Made by a program: the position numbers and the translations under genes. The notes under the pieces were generated by a model. The model was not told the origin of the DNA. It worked only from the letters and a program-made list of their open reading frames with translations, and did not search any database. From NCBI GenBank assembly GCA_038227875.1, contig JBBRPR010000013.1, forward strand, positions 1-64,000: 64,000 nucleotides of DNA, given 5' to 3'. Below, in pieces: positions 63,401 through 64,000 of the stretch (position 1 is the stretch's first letter; the number at the start of each line of letters is the position of its first letter). The DNA comes from Planctomycetota bacterium. Lineage in GTDB: Bacteria > Planctomycetota > SZUA-567 > H5-PLA8.

Positions 63401-64000
63401 TTCCGTTGGCACCGGGGAGACTGGTGAAGGTCAAATTCGCGGTGTTGGGGATGGTGAATCCCACCAGCGGGTTGTTGATAACCTTTGCCGTGACTGTGAT
63501 CGTCACCACAGAAGGTCCGGAAGCAATGTCTACGACGGGATCGAGGCGATCGATGACGATGTCGGCAGTGCCCCCGATGCCAGTGGTGGTGGCTGCAGTG
63601 GAAACGGTGGAGGCCGTTGGGGCTGTGACACTAACCGAGATCAGATTTAGATTGGCGTTGAGCGCGTCAGTAACGTGTACGTCGTAAGCGGGAAAGCGGT
63701 TGTTCAGCGTGGCAGTGTTAGAGAACGTGATGGTGTACGTAATGGTGTCACCCGCATCGGCATTGGTTGTGGGCACGACGGTCTTGGTGAAATTTCTGAT
63801 GAGCGGTTCGCAGACCTGCACATTAACGGTGTTCGATGTCGCGCTGATCGTGAGGCCGGTGTTCTTTACGACGAAATTGTTACCTAGCGTTGTGGTTACA
63901 AGTGTACCGGCCTGATTATCAAACGCCTGATTTGCAGTGACGTTCAGCACTACTGCGTTGAATTCAACGATGACGTATTCGACGTTGCCATTGACGTTGT
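57432..64000 (-). CDS. Giant surface adhesin, 5' partial: isopeptide/fimbrial-D2-like, SdrD-B-like and DUF11 repeats plus basic C-terminal domain
   Basis: The frame is open to the window edge. Contains DLSLTK...TYTITV.NAGP..AT.V.VTD.LP repeats and ISGFVFHD.N.N-type SdrD-B domains. Confidence 0.92.
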   Translation of the reverse strand, partial: NVNGNVEYVIVEFNAVVLNVTANQAFDNQAGTLVTTTLGNNFVVKNTGLTISATSNTVNVQVCEPLIRNFTKTVVPTTNADAGDTITYTITFSNTATLNNRFPAYDVHVTDALNANLNLISVSVTAPTASTVSTAATTTGIGGTADIVIDRLDPVVDIASGPSVVTITVTAKVINNPLVGFTIPNTANLTFTSLPGANGTTSNPTGSPTPGGAGTATGERDGSNGSGTDAAKLNNYAKSASVSTTLGVPSIDARYKDGSITNDDTNVASSTGASIVVGEAATYDILVTLAEGTNKAVVVRDLLPAGLRFDQTFNSGAGFQIITAAASSGGQLAADFSDPGSLGAVVLGNGSGSGTLGNDGIGPKFTFGDVVVTADNATNNNQFIIRMQVISTDVTTNRTGQNLVGVATLDYTNPNTGSTATIADSNNANNPQFTIVEPILTVVKNVSAPAADAGDPLTYTITIGNVSGQTAYDVKLGDTLPVELTSPVINSVTGAATTANFQIVTVGPNQVLQSDPAVTLDLATGTSVVITVSGSLSASVSPGQQINNTANVFWTSTSQTKVANPDERTGQSVPNPVSGTINNAFLDNYAISSTVATTSVSQVIVSKAIVATSEASTANANVTIGEKITYRLTVSVPEGTINNFRITDNIPAGQQYLAGTIALSTFCPANIAAAHPGINNRTNSTPFAGTVSAPTEVGGPFVNGTVVNFDFGAINNPGNNSLEDNTFFFTYQTVVLDVPGNIGFTGSQTTMTNAGTSNIQPAGAPSAILVDPNNPPNTFGVTTTCVEPKMGIVKNIVQTVADAGDTVNVSLTVTNTGTSTSFDTIIQDQLDPTQFVIGSVAPITTAAGFTFSISGGGLIQYTGGTMPFTGAGSTATFTFTVALKTTLTPSQVVSNTATVTQATTLPGVDAGERNEPPVSSTDTLTIRANSISGFVFHDVNNNANIDVGDTGLGNVTVTLTGTDYLGNPVTLTTTTNPGVPLGGYTFGNLRPGTYSIVVTHPVGYIDGKNKAGTPVGGTSGGFGSNQITNIVIPTGATSNGINYNFGELLPSSLGGTVYDDRDASKTFNAGDVGINGVIVTLTGTDDTGASIGSVVLTTAGAGAYNFTGLRPGTYTITETQPVAFADYFDNVGSQGSGTVTAPPGDAISNITLNENVTGTNNNFGERQFANINGYVYHDANNDGLKTGAEIGLSGNTINLTGNDDLGNAVSLTINTDVNGFFSFLGLRPSDVSGYTLTEPTNPPGYSSGINTVGTQGGTTFSAPNDHINLNLPAGVTAANYLFGKHFITCDLSLTKTVDIPNPNINDVITYTITVFNSGPDTATNVAVTDVLPAGISFVSSLASQGSYNNGTSIWTVGTIASGANKTLQIKATVLTVSAVTNTAQVSACDQPDPDSTPGNNAPGEDDQASVTIAGQIVDLSLTKVVDITNPNINDVITYTITVSNAGPNTATNVAVTDILPAGVGFVGSTPSQGSYVSGTGIWTVGTLAKNGSATLLIQATVLTVNAVTNTAEVTACDQPDSDSTPNNHLPSEDDQASATIAGQIVDLSLTKVVDITNPNINDVVTFTIQVSNAGPNTATNVAVTDVLPAALGFVSATPSQGSFVSGTGIWTVGTLTSNGNATLQLKATVLTVNAVTNTAEVTACDQPDSDSTPNNHVPTEDDQASATIAAQLVDLSLTKVIDNSTPNLNDVVTYTVKVSNAGPNTATHVDVTDVLPAGLVFVGSTPSQGSFVNGTGLWSVGTLTSNGNATLQIQAKVITVNAITNTAEVTACDQPDIDSTPNNHVPTEDDQASVTTLAEKMNLAVTKVVDNNHPSRVDLATFTIKVTNQGPNTATSVVYTDLLPVGLDFVSATASQGSYDAASGKWTLGTLINGASATLTVGTHLTVINSLTNVVSLTSSDQPDTNPDDNTASATVTPQLADLMLTKTVDSTKVDFGGIATYTITLTNAGPDIATNVAVSDQLPAGLEYVSSSATQGAFASDTGIWTVGTVKVGEVKVLTLATKVVQEGEIMNVAQVSSSDQMDPNSTPNDSVIDQNDLSMVSLSGGSDLKVNAVQCFAARFNFRKANADRLVFLTTLALPADFNPANLPTQFRLNGYIFNATLDAKGRYRTRNAIVQVQRSGKNWRVQLTLSNMDIQHSMTGVVNADVKATALAPAQISVKLGASTYGVRSPQTYKARKNVGGQLYH
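58610..60140 (-). repeat. Tandem 384-bp DUF11-coding repeats
   Basis: The GCTGGCCTGRTCGTCTTC anchor recurs near 58620, 59004, 59388 and 59772. Confidence 0.88.

Overview
High-GC bacterial chromosomal window. The gene content suggests a PVC-superphylum organism, most likely Planctomycetota (inference from many prepilin-type genes, an ECF sigma factor, a GntR-LacI regulator, an FmdB zinc ribbon and split housekeeping operons). The left edge holds a probable IS256-family end, a DUF6714-like gene and a tRNA-Sec. The core contains an NtrC-type regulator, an ABC-2 system, a nagB-PIG-L fusion with DUF4954, tnaA, a photolyase, a class III aminotransferase, gatC, a five-gene pseudopilin cassette, an orphan N6-adenine methyltransferase, trxB, a PhnP-like hydrolase, pyrK, a PTPS paralogue, PhyH, sucC, a porin and the 3' part of a giant DUF11 adhesin. 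Three candidates stand out. (1) An AT-rich islet (about 17.3-19.3 kb) encodes a winged-helix-PNP nucleosidase, split by a one-base frameshift, plus a coupled winged-helix partner; it is a candidate undescribed anti-phage module. (2) Two unrelated secreted proteins share a ~140-aa basic C-terminal domain, a candidate sorting signal. (3) An Xis-type HTH is fused to a Walker-B-degenerate PilB/GspE ATPase and has 10-bp phased operator-like repeats and a possible internal start. All family assignments come from motif recognition by eye; no searches were run.
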